The translations under genes and the position numbers were made by a program. DNA of 64,000 bases from the human T2T-CHM13v2.0 reference genome, Homo sapiens. Shown here in pieces: positions 1 through 11,258 of the stretch. The stretch is from assembly GCF_009914755.1 (NCBI RefSeq), contig NC_060925.1; one strand, given 5' to 3'. Below the pieces are notes generated by a model that saw only the letters and a program-made list of their open reading frames with translations, made no database searches and was not told the DNA's origin. Within the stretch, counting starts at the first letter, position 1. Every line of letters starts with the position of its first letter.

Positions 1-139
1 GTCTCCCTCCCTGTCAAATTGTCTTCTTGTACTGCACCGTAGGCACCTGGAGCCTTGGAAAATGAAACTGCAGATAAGGGAGGACTACCGTATTCATGTA
101 ACCAGAGAGAAAACAAATTTCCACAATTGTAAGTGATAC

Positions 140-322
140 AATTAAAGATGTATCAATGAACACTGAAGTTTAAATGTCATATAACGTTAACATGTCTTGA
201 AAGATTATTTTTCTCGTTTTTTAAATTATTTAAAGATGTAAAGAATCAGTCTTAGCTTATAGGCCATGAAAAACAAACATCAGGCCAGGTCTGAATGGTG
301 GCCGTAGTTTGCAGAGCCCTGG
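140..322 (+). mobile_element. MER58-like (hAT-Charlie) non-autonomous DNA transposon remnant
   Basis: The 3' end 'cttagcttataggccatgaaaaacaaacatcaggccaggtctgaatggtggccgtagtttgcagagccctg' resembles the MER58B terminus (...ggccgtagtttgccgacccctg) as I recall it. The left boundary is approximate. Confidence 0.6.
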
Positions 323-1433
323 TTTCTTCTTGCCTCTCAGCTTCCAACTTCCCCGTGAGTGCCTGCTCCTTGATGGACTGGACTCTAAGCCCTTCTTTGC
401 AGCAAGCACGATATCAAGCTTTGTCAGTAGAGGGCGCCGGAGGGACACTGTGGAGGAAGGGGCCTTTTCATGGTCCACAGAGCTCTGTTGTGCAATTTCT
501 TGTTCCTGTTGCATCTTCTCTTAGGGTATGAACGCGGGGGGACATCCTCTGGGGCTTTTCCTCAGCTGTGCACCCAGAATGCATGGTCCCTCGACCACCT
601 CATAGCCCATCCTGAGCCCAGTGCCCATCTTGCTGTGGTCCAGCCCACACCTCCACCTGCACGTGCACACCACTCTCTCTCCTGTGCCCAGAGAGGTGTT
701 TCCTGCCTGCCAGCCTGACCTGCATCTATGAACCAGCACCTCTGGGACCCAATACCTTCTCTGCCATTCAAGGGGCTGCAGCCACAGACATCCAGCGAAG
801 TCAGGACCCCAGCCTCGGGGGCGGGTCCTTCCAAGGTTGTCTTCTTCAGCCCTAGGGTGCTGTTCCGATTCTTCCTGACATCATTTTAGGCACTCTTCTA
901 TCATAGTTTAATAATTATGTATAGAAAATGTCTCCTATTCAGATCACTGTGTGGTTTCTGTGTCTTTATTGAAATCTGATGGACTGATCCCCAGGAAGAC
1001 CCCTCAGGCACCCTGGAGAGAATGGAAGCTCCCTAATCCAAAGAGTGAGTGTGAGTCCATCTCAGTCACCGTGTGTCTGCTGCATGGCTGAGGCCACGTG
1101 ACTGCACCTCCCTGGGCTCAGTTTGCTCACCCAGGAAATGCGGAGAAAGCTTCCTTCTCCAATGGATGCTGAGACTGCGAAATGAGACCATGCATATGAA
1201 GCACAGAGCATGGGGCCAGGTACCTGCCGGTGTTCAAGATGGTAGAACTGCACCTTCGTAAGTGTGGTGGGCATCACATGGGACAGTGTGTGGAGTGACC
1301 GGCATGGGGCCTGGGGGGAAGTGGAGGCTCAAAACCCAACCTCCCTCCCTCTCTCCCTCCTGTCCTCCTTCTCTCCCAGGACACCCCTCCCTCAGGCCCC
1401 CAAGGCTCTAGTTTCTCTCCCCAAGTCCCCCTG

Positions 1434-1947
1434 TGTGGTGGTTAATACTGAGTGTCAACTTGATTGGATCGAAGATGCAAAGTATTGATCCTGGGTGTGT
1501 CTGTGAGGGTGTTGCCAAAGGAGATTAACATTTGAGTCAGTGGGCTGCAGAAGGCAGACCCACCCTTAATCTGGTGGGCACCATCTAATCAGCTGCCAGC
1601 GAATATACAGCAGGAAGAAAAACGTGAAAAGGTGAGACTGGCCTAGGTTCCCAGCCTACGTCTTTCTCCCGTGCTAGATGCTTCCTGCCCTCGAACATCA
1701 GACTCCAAGTTCTTCAGTTTTGAGACTTAGACAGGTTCTCCTTGCTCCTCAAGCTTGCAGACGGCCTATTGTGGGACCTTGTGATCATGTAAGTTAATTT
1801 ATATATATATATATATATGTATATATATAAAATATATATATGTATATATATAAAATATATATGTATATATATAAAATATATATATACATATGTGTATATA
1901 TATATCTCCGATTAGTTCTGTCCCTCTAGAGAACCCTGACTAATACA
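1434..1947 (+). mobile_element. 5' LTR, MLT2A1-type
   Basis: Starts tgtggtggttaatactgagtgtcaacttgattgg and ends gagaaccctgactaataca. Contains an expanded TA tract. Confidence 0.93.
1800..1905. repeat. (TA)n-rich microsatellite inside the 5' LTR
   Basis: About 105 bp of atatat with a recurring tgtatatatataaaatatatata subunit. Confidence 0.95.
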
Positions 1948-1952
1948 GATTT

Positions 1953-1970
1953 TGGTACCAGGAGTGGTTC
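1953..1970 (+). promoter_or_regulatory. Primer binding site (tRNA-Leu-like, degenerate)
   Basis: tggtaccaggagtggttc lies 5 nt downstream of the LTR end, begins with TGG and resembles the ERVL tRNA-Leu PBS. Confidence 0.7.
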
Positions 1971-1991
1971 TAGAGGAACAGAATATTAAGG

Positions 1992-3740
1992 ATGGAGTTT
2001 TTCATTGGCTTTGGGGTTTCTGGAGTTGGCTACTTAAGATGATTAGACTCAAAAATGCTAAGGACTCTACTTCTAATAGTATGGAGAACACTGATAGTCC
2101 TTGGGAGGAACTGTTTAGAGAGTTACACAAAATAAATCCATCTGACACTCCTGATTCACTGCTCGTGAGAGGCAAGGAGTTTAGTGACTCTATACATAAT
2201 ACTTTTGACCATATTTGGAGAACCAAGGAACATAATGAAGCTGGTTGGTTGCCCCTAAGTTCAGTAGATGAAGTGAGGAAAGAAAATGATGAACTCAGGG
2301 ATTCCGTTCTCCAGGCTTCAGAGGCAGACACTGAGCCTCAAATCTGCTAAGATTGCCCTGAGTGAGAGTCTCATCTCCTGCAGAGAAAGAGCTGAAATTG
2401 TGGAGAAACAGACACAAACTCTTATCATGAGAGTGGCTGACCTGCATGAAAGGTGCATGCACAGCCTCAGGAGGTGTCTACTGCTAAAGAGAAGGCACTG
2501 ATTGGAAGAGAATGGGACTCTGCAGCTTGGAATGGGGATGTGGGAGGACTCTGAAGAAGCTGGGGACACTGAGTTTGCACACTCTGATGAACCTTTTTTT
2601 GCCAGAAGGAACAGCTTCCCCATCCCCAGTAGTGGCAACATCCCCTCCCCGACCCATGCTGCCATCAGCCTTTCCACCTTTGTCTGAGGAGATAAATGCT
2701 GTGCTGCCTGAGGCAACAGTGATGGCCTCCCCTGAGGCAGTTGCCAGGCAAAATAATGTTGATTCTCCTCAGGATCGACCTCCAATGCCCCCGTTTGCTT
2801 CTAGACCTATAACTAGACTAAAGTCTCTGTGGGCCCCTGGAGGTGAGTTTGAGAGTGTGACCCATGAGGAGGTGCATCACATTAAAAAAGAACTGCTTGA
2901 GTCCTCCATATAAAGAGAAATCTGGAGAACAGGCATGGGAATGAATATTAAGGGTATGGGATAATGGTGAAAGGAACATAGAGTTGGATCAGGCTGAATT
3001 TATTGATTTGGGCCCACTAAGTGGGGACTCTGCTTTTAATGTTGCAGCTCAGGGAGTTAAAAAGGTTCTAATAGTTTATTTGTTTGGTTAGCTGAAATAT
3101 GGATTAAAAGATGGCCCACTGTGAGCAAGTTGGAAATGCCTGATCTCCCTTGGTTTGATGTAGAGGAAGGTATCCAAAGGCTTAGGGAGAGTGGGATGGT
3201 GGAGTGGATTAGTCACTTTAGACCTACTCATCCCAGCTGGGAGGGTTGAGAAGATATATTCTTGACCAATGCCTTGTGAAACAGATTTGTGAGGGCAGCA
3301 CTTGCATCTTTAAAGAGCCCTGTAATTGCTGTTCTCTGTATGTCAGATCTAACAGTGGGAACCACAGTCACTCAACTACAAAATTTAAATACAATGGGAA
3401 TAATTGGATCCCCAGGTAGCAGGGGCCAAGTGGTGGCACTCAGGTATGGTAGCTATGTCAAAGGCAAGGTGGACATAGCTACCATAATGGACAGCAGAGA
3501 CAAAGCAGCAATCAGAATAGTCTGACTCATGTAGAACTCTGGCACTGGCTAATTAGTCGTGATGTTCCTAGAAGTGAAATTGATACGAAGCCTACTGCAT
3601 TCCTACTTAATTTTTATAAGGAGAAAACTTCTAGGTCGAACGGACAAAAGACTAATTTTAATTATAAAAACAGAGAATCATGTTCCCTCGATCAATTTCC
3701 AGACTTGAGCCAGTTTATGGACCCAAAACCTCTTGAATGA
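1992..3740 (+). pseudogene. gag: HERV-L gag remnant (frameshifted, stops)
   Basis: Fragments 1952-2350 (GFWSWLL...NSMENTDSPWEELFREL), 2512-2913 (Pro-rich) and 3289-3525. An MHR-like EKSGEQAWE*ILRVWD lies at ~2915-2962. Boundaries are approximate. Confidence 0.85.
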
Positions 3741-6491
3741 GGGAAGGCCAGGTCCCCTTGAGGAAGGACCCCACTACATTACCAACAATTTATGCAGTGA
3801 GTCTTTCCCCCATTGTTCCCCAAGGTGACCTCCAGCCTTTTACCAGGGTAACTGTGCATTGGGCAAAGGGAAATGATCAGACATTTCAGGGACTACTGGA
3901 CACTGGCTCTGAGCTGACATTGATTCCAGGGGACCCAAAACATCATTGCAGTCCTCCAGTTAGAGTAGGGGCTTATGGAGGTCAGCTAGTTAATGGAGTT
4001 TTAGCTCAGGTCCGACTTAGAGTGGGTCCAGTGGGTCCCCTGACTCATCTTGCAGTCATTTCCCCAGTGTCAGAATGCATAATTGGCATAGACATACTTA
4101 GCAGCTGGCAGAACCCCCACATTGGCTCCCTGACTGGTAGGGTGAGGGCTATTATGGTGGGAAAGGCCAAATGGAAGCCATTCGAACTGCCTCTACCTAG
4201 AAAAATAGTAAATCAAAAACAATATCGCATCCCTGGAGGGAATGTGGATATGAGTGCCACCATCAAAGACTTGAAAGACGCGGGGGTGGTAATTCCCACC
4301 ACATCCCCATTCAACTCTCCCATTTGGCCTGTGCAGAAGACAGATGGATCTTGGAGAAAAACAGTGGATTATTATAAGCTTAACCAAGTGGTGACTCCAA
4401 TTGCAGCTGCTGTACTAGATGTGGATTCATTGCTTGAGCAAATTAACACAACTCCTGGTCCCTGTTATGCAACCATTGACTTGGTAAATGCCTTTTTCTC
4501 CATTCCTGTCCATAAGGCCCACCAGAAGCAATTTGCCTTCAGCTGGTAAGGCCAGCAATATACCTTTACTGTCCTACCTCAGGGGTATATCAACTCTCCA
4601 GCTTTGTGTCATAATCTTATTTGGAGAGACCTTGATTGCTTTTTTCTTCCAGAAGATATCACACTGGTCCATTACATTGATGACATTATGCTGATTATAC
4701 CAGTGAGCAAGAAGTAGCAAACACACGGTACTTACTGGTGAGACATTTGCGTGCCAGAGGATGGGAAATAAATTCAACTAAAATTCAGGGACCTTCTACC
4801 TCAATACAATTTCTAGAGGTCCAGTGGTGTGGGGCCTGTTGAAACATTCCTTCTAAGATGAAGGATAGGTTGCTGCATTTGGCCCCTCCTACAACCAAGA
4901 AAGAGGCACAATGCCTAGTGGGCCTATTTGGATTATGGCAGCAACGCATTCATCATTTGGGTGTGTTACTCCAGCCCATTTATCTAGTGACCCAAAAGGC
5001 TGCCAGTTTTGAGTGGGGTCCAGAACAGGAGAAGGCTCTGCAACAGTTCCAGGCTGCAGTGCAAGCTGCTCTGCCATTTGGGCCATATGACCCAGCAGAT
5101 CCAATGGTGCTTGAGGTGTCAGTGGCAGATAGGGTTGCTGTTTGGTGCCTTTGGCAGGCCCCTGTAGGTGAATCACACAGAGGCTTCTGGGATTGTGGAG
5201 CAAGGCCCTGCCATCTTCTGCAGATAACTACTCTCCTCTTGAGAGACAGCTCTTGGCCTATTACTGGGCTTTGGTAGAAACTGAATGTTTGACTATGGGT
5301 CATCAAGTCACCATGTGACCTGAACTGCCTATCATGAACTGGGTGCTTTCTTAACCATCAAGCAATAACGTGGGTCATACAGAGCTGTATTCCATCATCA
5401 AATGGAAGTGGTATATAAGTGATCGGGCTCGAGCAGATCCTGAAGGCACAAGTACGTTACATGAGGAAGTGGCTCAAATGCCCATGATCTCGACTTCTGC
5501 CACCCTGCCTCCTCTTCCCCAGCCTGCACCAATGGCCTCATGGGGAGTTCCCTATGATCAGTTGACAGAGGAAGAGAAGACTAGGGCCTGGTTCACAGAT
5601 GGTTCTGCAGGATACTCAGGCACCACCTGAAAGTGGACAGCTGCATCACTACAGCCCCTTTCTAGGACATCCCCGAAGTACAATGGTGAAGGGACATCTT
5701 CCCAGTGGGCAGAACTTTGGTAAGTGCACCTGGCTGTGAACTTTGCAAGGAAGGAAAAATGGCCAGATGTGTGATTATATACTGATTCATGGGCTGTAGC
5801 CAATTGTTTGGCTGGATGGTCAGGGACTTGGAAGAAGCATGGTTAGAAAATTGGTGACAAAGACATTTGGGGAAGAGATATGTGGATGGGCCTCTCTGAG
5901 TGGTCAAAAACTGTGAAGATATTTGTATCCCATGTGACTGCTCACCAATGGGTAACCTCAGCAGAGGAGGATTTTAATAATCAAGTGGATAGGATGACCC
6001 CTTCTGGGGACACCACTCAGCCTCTTTCCCAAGCCATCCCTGTCATCACCCAATGGGCCCATGAACGAAGTGACCACGGTGGCAGGGATAGAAGTTACTA
6101 ATGAGCTCAGCAACATGGACTTCCACTCGCCAAGGCTGGCCTGGCTATGGCCACTGGTGAGTGCTCAATTTGCCAGCAGCAGAGACCAACGCTGAGCCCT
6201 TGATATGGCACCACTCCTGGCAGTGATCAGCCAGCTACCTGGTGGCAGGTTGATTATATTGGACCTCTTGCATCACGGAAAGGACAGAGGTTTGTCCTCA
6301 TTGGAATAGACACTTACTCCAGATATGGGTTTGCCTCTCCTGCACACAATGCTTCTGCCAAGACTACCATCCATGTACTCACAGACTACCTTATCCACCG
6401 TCATGGCATTCCAAACAGCATAGTAGTAGAAGAAGGTAGTCATCGATACCAGCTATGACCACGTGATCAGCTGCAGAAATGAAGACTGTAA
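3737..6491 (+). pseudogene. pol: HERV-L pro-pol remnant (protease, RT, RNase H, truncated integrase)
   Basis: Aspartyl protease LLDTGS (D at 3899-3901). RT motifs [29 protein letters not shown] and HYIDD (4670-4684). RNase H AWFTDGS (D at 5598-5600). Integrase Zn-finger CSIC (6162-6173) and WQVDYIGPL (from 6243). Multiple stops (e.g. 4547-4549) and frameshifts. Confidence 0.95.
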
Positions 6492-6802
6492 CCGTCATGG
6501 GTATTTCCTCCTTCTTTGGTTAAAAACATGTCTGTGCATGTATACACTCGTACTAAGAAAATATATTCATTTTATTTCCTTTTCCTTTATCACGTGACAT
6601 AAAATTTATTGACTTCATATCAGCATTAAAGTATTGTTAACTTTATGAATAGTATTTGAGTTGGGGAATTGGTGGGTTTCTGGTTGTACAAAGGATAAGT
6701 TGTATTATTTTAGGCGTAATTTTGACCTTATTATTATCTTTATTTGAAGATTATGTATGATCTCAGGAGATGTGTACGGATTCAGGTTGACAAGGGTGGA
6801 CT

Positions 6803-7269
6803 TATCATGGTTAATACAGAGTGTTAACTTGATTGGATTGAAGGATGGAAAATATTGATCCTGGGTGTGTCTGTGAGGGTGTTGCCAAAGGAGATTAACA
6901 TATGGGGCAGTGGGCTGGGGAAGGCAACCCACTCTTAATCTGGTGGGCACCATCTAATCAGCTGCCAGCGAATATAAAACAGGCAGAAAAACATGAAAAG
7001 GCAAGACTGGCCTAGCCTCCCAGCCTACATCTTTCTCCTGTGCTGGATGCTTTCTGACCTTGAACATTGGACTCCAAGTTCTTTGGTTTTGAGACTCAGA
7101 CTGGCTCTCCTTGCTCCTCAAGCTTGCAGACAGCTTATCGTGGGACCCTGTGGTCACGTTAATACTTAATAAACTCCCCTTTATACATATATATATATAT
7201 ATTCTGTCTCTCCAGAGAACTCCCCTCTAGAGAGGACTTCTGTCCCTCTAAAGAACCCTGACTAATACA
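6803..7269 (+). mobile_element. 3' LTR, MLT2A1-type
   Basis: Homologous to 1434-1947 and preceded by the purine-rich aagggtgga tract. TATAAAA at 6973-6979, AATAAA at 7168-7173, ends gactaataca. Confidence 0.93.
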
Positions 7270-8399
7270 TCCTGGGACCCTGCAGGCTCTGGGGTCTGAG
7301 ATGTCCCCTCAGCCGTGCTGGGAGCTGCCTGTGTCACCACATCTGTGCGGTTACTAAGGCAGCCACCTCAGCTCAGGGCAGGGAAGTGGAAAACAGGCCA
7401 GAGCTTGATGAGGCTGCACATTCTTATCTGTCCCCTGAGCCCCTGGCCCCACAACACGTCTCCCAATACTGAGGCCATGGGCTGCTCTCTGGGCCTTGAG
7501 CTGAAGGCCTGTCCCGCCTTGGCCCAGGGTGGGTGAGGGGCTTCCCTCCTTTCAAGTCTGGCCAGAGACAACAGGGGAGGTGACTTGGAGAGAGGTCTGG
7601 CTGGCCAGGACCTGGGGCTGCAGGATTGGTGGGTGCCCTTGGTTTGACCCTGAGAGACTCCCTTCTCCTTCCACACCCAGACCTCTGTACCCGGGGCTGT
7701 GGAGGAGTTCACCTGCCAGTCACCCCCGTTCCTCTCCTCCAGGCTGGGAAGCAACAGCCCAGGACTTGCCTCCACTCTCCTGGCAGGCTTGCTGGGCTGG
7801 GTGGGTGAGTGGCACTGAGCGTGTTACAGGCGGCCGCTGGGCGGTGGAGGAAGGTGTGCCTATAGTCCAGGGGTGGGCACCTGGGACCCCCAGCTGCCTT
7901 TTCTCATCTGGCCAAGTGAGTCCCTGGTGGCTGTGATTCGGCTGTCTCTGGGCCCAGCTGTGGCCTGGAAGGTCTGTCTGTGGCTCAGGCCTCAGGTGTC
8001 CCTTCCTCAATCCTCCTACAGTGAGTCATGCTATTGCTGGCTCAGTCTCACCTGTTTTCTGAAGGTGTCACTCGATGCCTGGATCTGGCAGTGAGCCTAG
8101 CACTCTGAGAAGGTTCCTGGGCTCCCACCAGCCTGCCAAGATCCCACCTTGGGCTCATGGTAGCTTCCTTTCAAGTGGCAGGTCAGGAAGAATGAGGCTT
8201 TTCATTCCTTCAAACTCTGGTTCCAGTCCTGGATCTGAAACTCTCACATGGCTCCCCTTCCTCACTGGTCAAGTGGGGATTATAACTTCCTGGTCACAGT
8301 GCTGGTGCAAAGACCCACTGGGTGTAATGCCTGTGGGGGTTTGGAATGTGGCAGAGTTGGGGGAACCCTTCTCTCCAGGGTGGGGTGGGCAGGAAGTCC

Positions 8400-8500
8400 T
8401 GCCTCCACTTCGTGCTGTGTGACCTTGGGTTCATGGTCAACCTCTCTGAGCCTTTGTTTCCTCATCTGTAAATGGAGATGTTGTGATGATGAAATAAGAG
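8400..8500 (+). mobile_element. MIR SINE (one of many; similar cores near 13300-13460, 15010-15450, 19110-19500, 30700-30900, 34960-35150, 41430-42160, 47490-47650, 50600-51000, 59610-60030)
   Basis: MIR core gctgtgtgaccttggg...aacctctctgagcctttgtttcctcatctgtaaatgg. Confidence 0.8.
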
Positions 8501-8529
8501 CAAAGACAAGTCTTTGCTCAAACTTTGTT

Positions 8530-8690
8530 TCCTCAGTGAGGCTTCCCTGACCGTCGTATTTAATTCTGAGCCCACCACACGTCCCACTGTCCTGCCTCCA
8601 GCATTGTGTTTAATTTATTTATACATTATGTTTATAGTTTATTGTCTGTCTGCCCCACTGGAATGTCAGGTCCATGAGGACAGTGATGCA
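8530..8690 (+). mobile_element. L2 LINE 3' fragment
   Basis: tcagtgaggcttccctgacc ... tattgtctgtctgccccactggaatgtcaggtccatgaggacag is typical of the L2 3' end. Confidence 0.65.
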
Positions 8691-10539
8691 AGTGGCTAAT
8701 AAACGAGATAATTTCCTCCTCCCTTCCCTCCTTCCCTCTTTCTTCCTTACAAATACACAGTATACCAGGACCAATGCCAGACCTCTAGCATTTCAGCAGT
8801 GAAGAAGGCAGACAAGGTCCCGGCCCTCAAACAGCCCTCATCCAGCAGTCAAGACACATATTAAACAGGCAGAGGGGAGGAGCAGCAGGCCTTTGGGTCC
8901 AGTAGTGCCAGGGCCTGCCAGGCGCCTGAGCCTCAGACTGAAAAAGGCTGGAAGTATCTGAGCCGAGAGCCTGGGTCTGCACAGCCGTGGAAGCCTCTCC
9001 CCGACCTTCCCCCAGGGTGATGGTCAGAGCCCTCCCTGCCAGCTCACGGGGGCTCAGGCCTGGCCAGCTCAGGGACTGTTTCAGGGGAGGCCGCTGAGGA
9101 GTGAAGATGGGAGTGGCTTGTGTCCTTCCCATGGCCAAGTCTACGGGGCTCTGGGCTCTGGTTTCCTCTCTGTGGCAGGTGACCCTAGGACCCCAACCTT
9201 CCTGCTCTGGAGCTGCTGAAGTTAGGGTGGGCAGAGAGGGGGCTGCCCTGGGATATCCTGAGGGACCCAGTGCAGATCTGGCCCTTCCCAGAATTCCAAC
9301 CCCTCCCTGATTATTCTCCCATTTCTTTCCTTCCCCGGGAATCAAATTCCTTTCCAGAGAAACCTGAACTGACCCTGGCAGGACAGTTGCTGCTTAGAGC
9401 CCACTGAGAATACAGCCAATTAAATGGGGAAATATGGAAGAAGACCTCCACGGCGGGGCAGGGCGAGTCCATCAGAAAAATAAACAGACATGAAACGACA
9501 GCGGGCTCCTGGCTTCTGGTTCTTCTGTTGCTTTTTATCTGAGCAAGACGAACCGGAAATCCCAATGGCTCCACGCTGCACTTGTCATCTCCCTTGTAAT
9601 TAATACCCCTGGGTAAAAATCTGTTCAGCCGGGAGTACACCTGCTGAGGGGCTAGCCCCACGGGCTTTGTCACCTGGGACCATTTAGCCCACTCAGCTGT
9701 GGGGAGCGGGTGCAGGGGACCCTAGGGACGGATTAATTTCTGTTATTATAACAGACAACACTGTGGAGGAGCCCCCAGCAGGCTGCAGCAGGGATGCATC
9801 CACACTGGCCAGCCCTGGGCCTGGGGGGATGGCAGGTCCGGAGAAGAGAGAAGCCAGGAGGTTTCCCGTTCCTGTTTCTCCAGTCTGGGAGGCAGTGGTG
9901 TCCCCTGGAAATTATAGGTAGTGGAATCCTAAAAGCAGTTTACAGATGATGTCAAGTACCAATGCCTTCCTGGGAAGGATCTAACTCTGCTGGCAGGTTA
10001 ACCAGGCTCAGGAGGAAGTGGAGAAGGAGTGGGGGCTTCTGGAACCGTTGGTCCCCCCTAAGACCCTGGATCCTTGAAGGGAGAGACTAGGGTGAGCCAG
10101 GTGATGACAGGGGATGGCGGAGCACAGAATCAGCAACCAGGACGCCATATTCTAATGCTAAGAGGAGCTTGGTGATGATAAGCCCGACGCCCTCCTTTTG
10201 CAGATGCTGAAATGTGAGAGGGGAGGGTCTTGGGTGGAGGATTTGCAGATCTCACGGTCCCTTCCATGGCATCTGTGACGCACAGAATCTTGGAATTAGA
10301 GCTTCTTTCATAGACTCAAAGATACCTTAATGGAGTGTTTGAATCACAGATTCGGAGAGTCTTATCCCTTTTACAAAATCCCAGAATGACAGGATCACAG
10401 ATGCATTCATAGAATCACAGACCCAAAGAATCTTGGGATTAAGAAATCGCTAGGAAAGACTTGCAACCACATTCACAGCAGGCTTGGCCCTGAGAAATAC
10501 AGAATGATCCAGGACACGTGGAGTTGAAATAGACATGGT

Positions 10540-10780
10540 GGAATCAGCATCTCAGCACAGGACGTGACCTTGGTCCAACTCCCCTGGAAATGCAGGAAGC
10601 CCTCTCTTCACCGTCCTGAGTAATGATTTGAACTCTGGTAGGGATGGTGTGGTCACTACCTGACAGGGCCATCTATCCCATTCTTGGGCAGATCAGGCTG
10701 CTAGGGCTGAGCCTGAATTTACTCCCACGTGACCCACCCACAGCTCTGTCCTGGCTCCTCCAGGAACTGAACATGTAAAG
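10540..10780 (-). mobile_element. L3/CR1-like LINE relic
   Basis: ggtccaactcccct ... gggatgg...tcactacc ... ccattcttgggcag ... gctgagcctgaatttactccc resembles the antisense L3 3' region. Preceded by repeated (c)agaatc tail-like motifs at 10280-10430. Confidence 0.45.
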
Positions 10781-11108
10781 TGATCTGGACACACATACAG
10801 AGGCTTAACCCAGCTAAGGACAGCTTGATCCTTGGCCAAAGGGGTCTGTCTCCCTCTAGGGAAGGGTCAGGCACCAGGACGAAGGAACGGATGGAGCTGC
10901 TCGGCTCACCTCAACCCATTTCAGTTCACCCACATGAGCAGGAGGTGTCCAGTCTGCTCCTGGAGGAGGGGCCAGTCAGGGACAGGGGCAGACAGGCAGG
11001 AATGCCCACTGGGAAGGAGGCTCAGAGGGGCTCTGGGAGAAAGAATGATTCCCCTTGGGTCCCCAGAGACAGGGAAAATCCAATCATGGCCTCAACTGCA
11101 AGGAACAC

Positions 11109-11258
11109 GGCACACACACATGCACAGACACATACACACAGATACACACAGACACACACACATAGACACAGACACATACATACAAACATACACACATACA
11201 CACACAGACATACACACATACACACACAGATGCACAGACACACACAGAGACACACAGA
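11109..11258. repeat. Degenerate (CA)n / CACAGA low-complexity tract
   Basis: Direct reading: cacacacacatgcacagacacatacacacagatacacaca... Confidence 0.95.

Larger units (their letters stand above)
1434..7269 (+). mobile_element. HERV-L (ERVL) provirus with two MLT2A1-type LTRs, decayed and internally deleted
   Basis: Direct-repeat LTRs at 1434-1947 and 6803-7269. Near-perfect 5-bp TSD: ccctg (1429-1433) / tcctg (7270-7274). A PBS follows the 5' LTR and a purine-rich tract precedes the 3' LTR. gag/pro/RT/RNase H/IN motifs occur in order. There is no env, which is normal for ERVL. Confidence 0.96.

Noticed and set aside
330-990. Possible old ERVL-type LTR (LTR33/LTR16-like 3' end near 945-990)
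   Set aside because: Resemblance is limited to a short terminal motif. I could not fix boundaries or family, so it is not listed as a feature.
10120-10520. Recurrent (c)agaatc motifs resembling a spaced repeat array
   Set aside because: Short, irregularly spaced and degenerate. Consistent with L3/MIR3 tail relics, not a CRISPR-like array.
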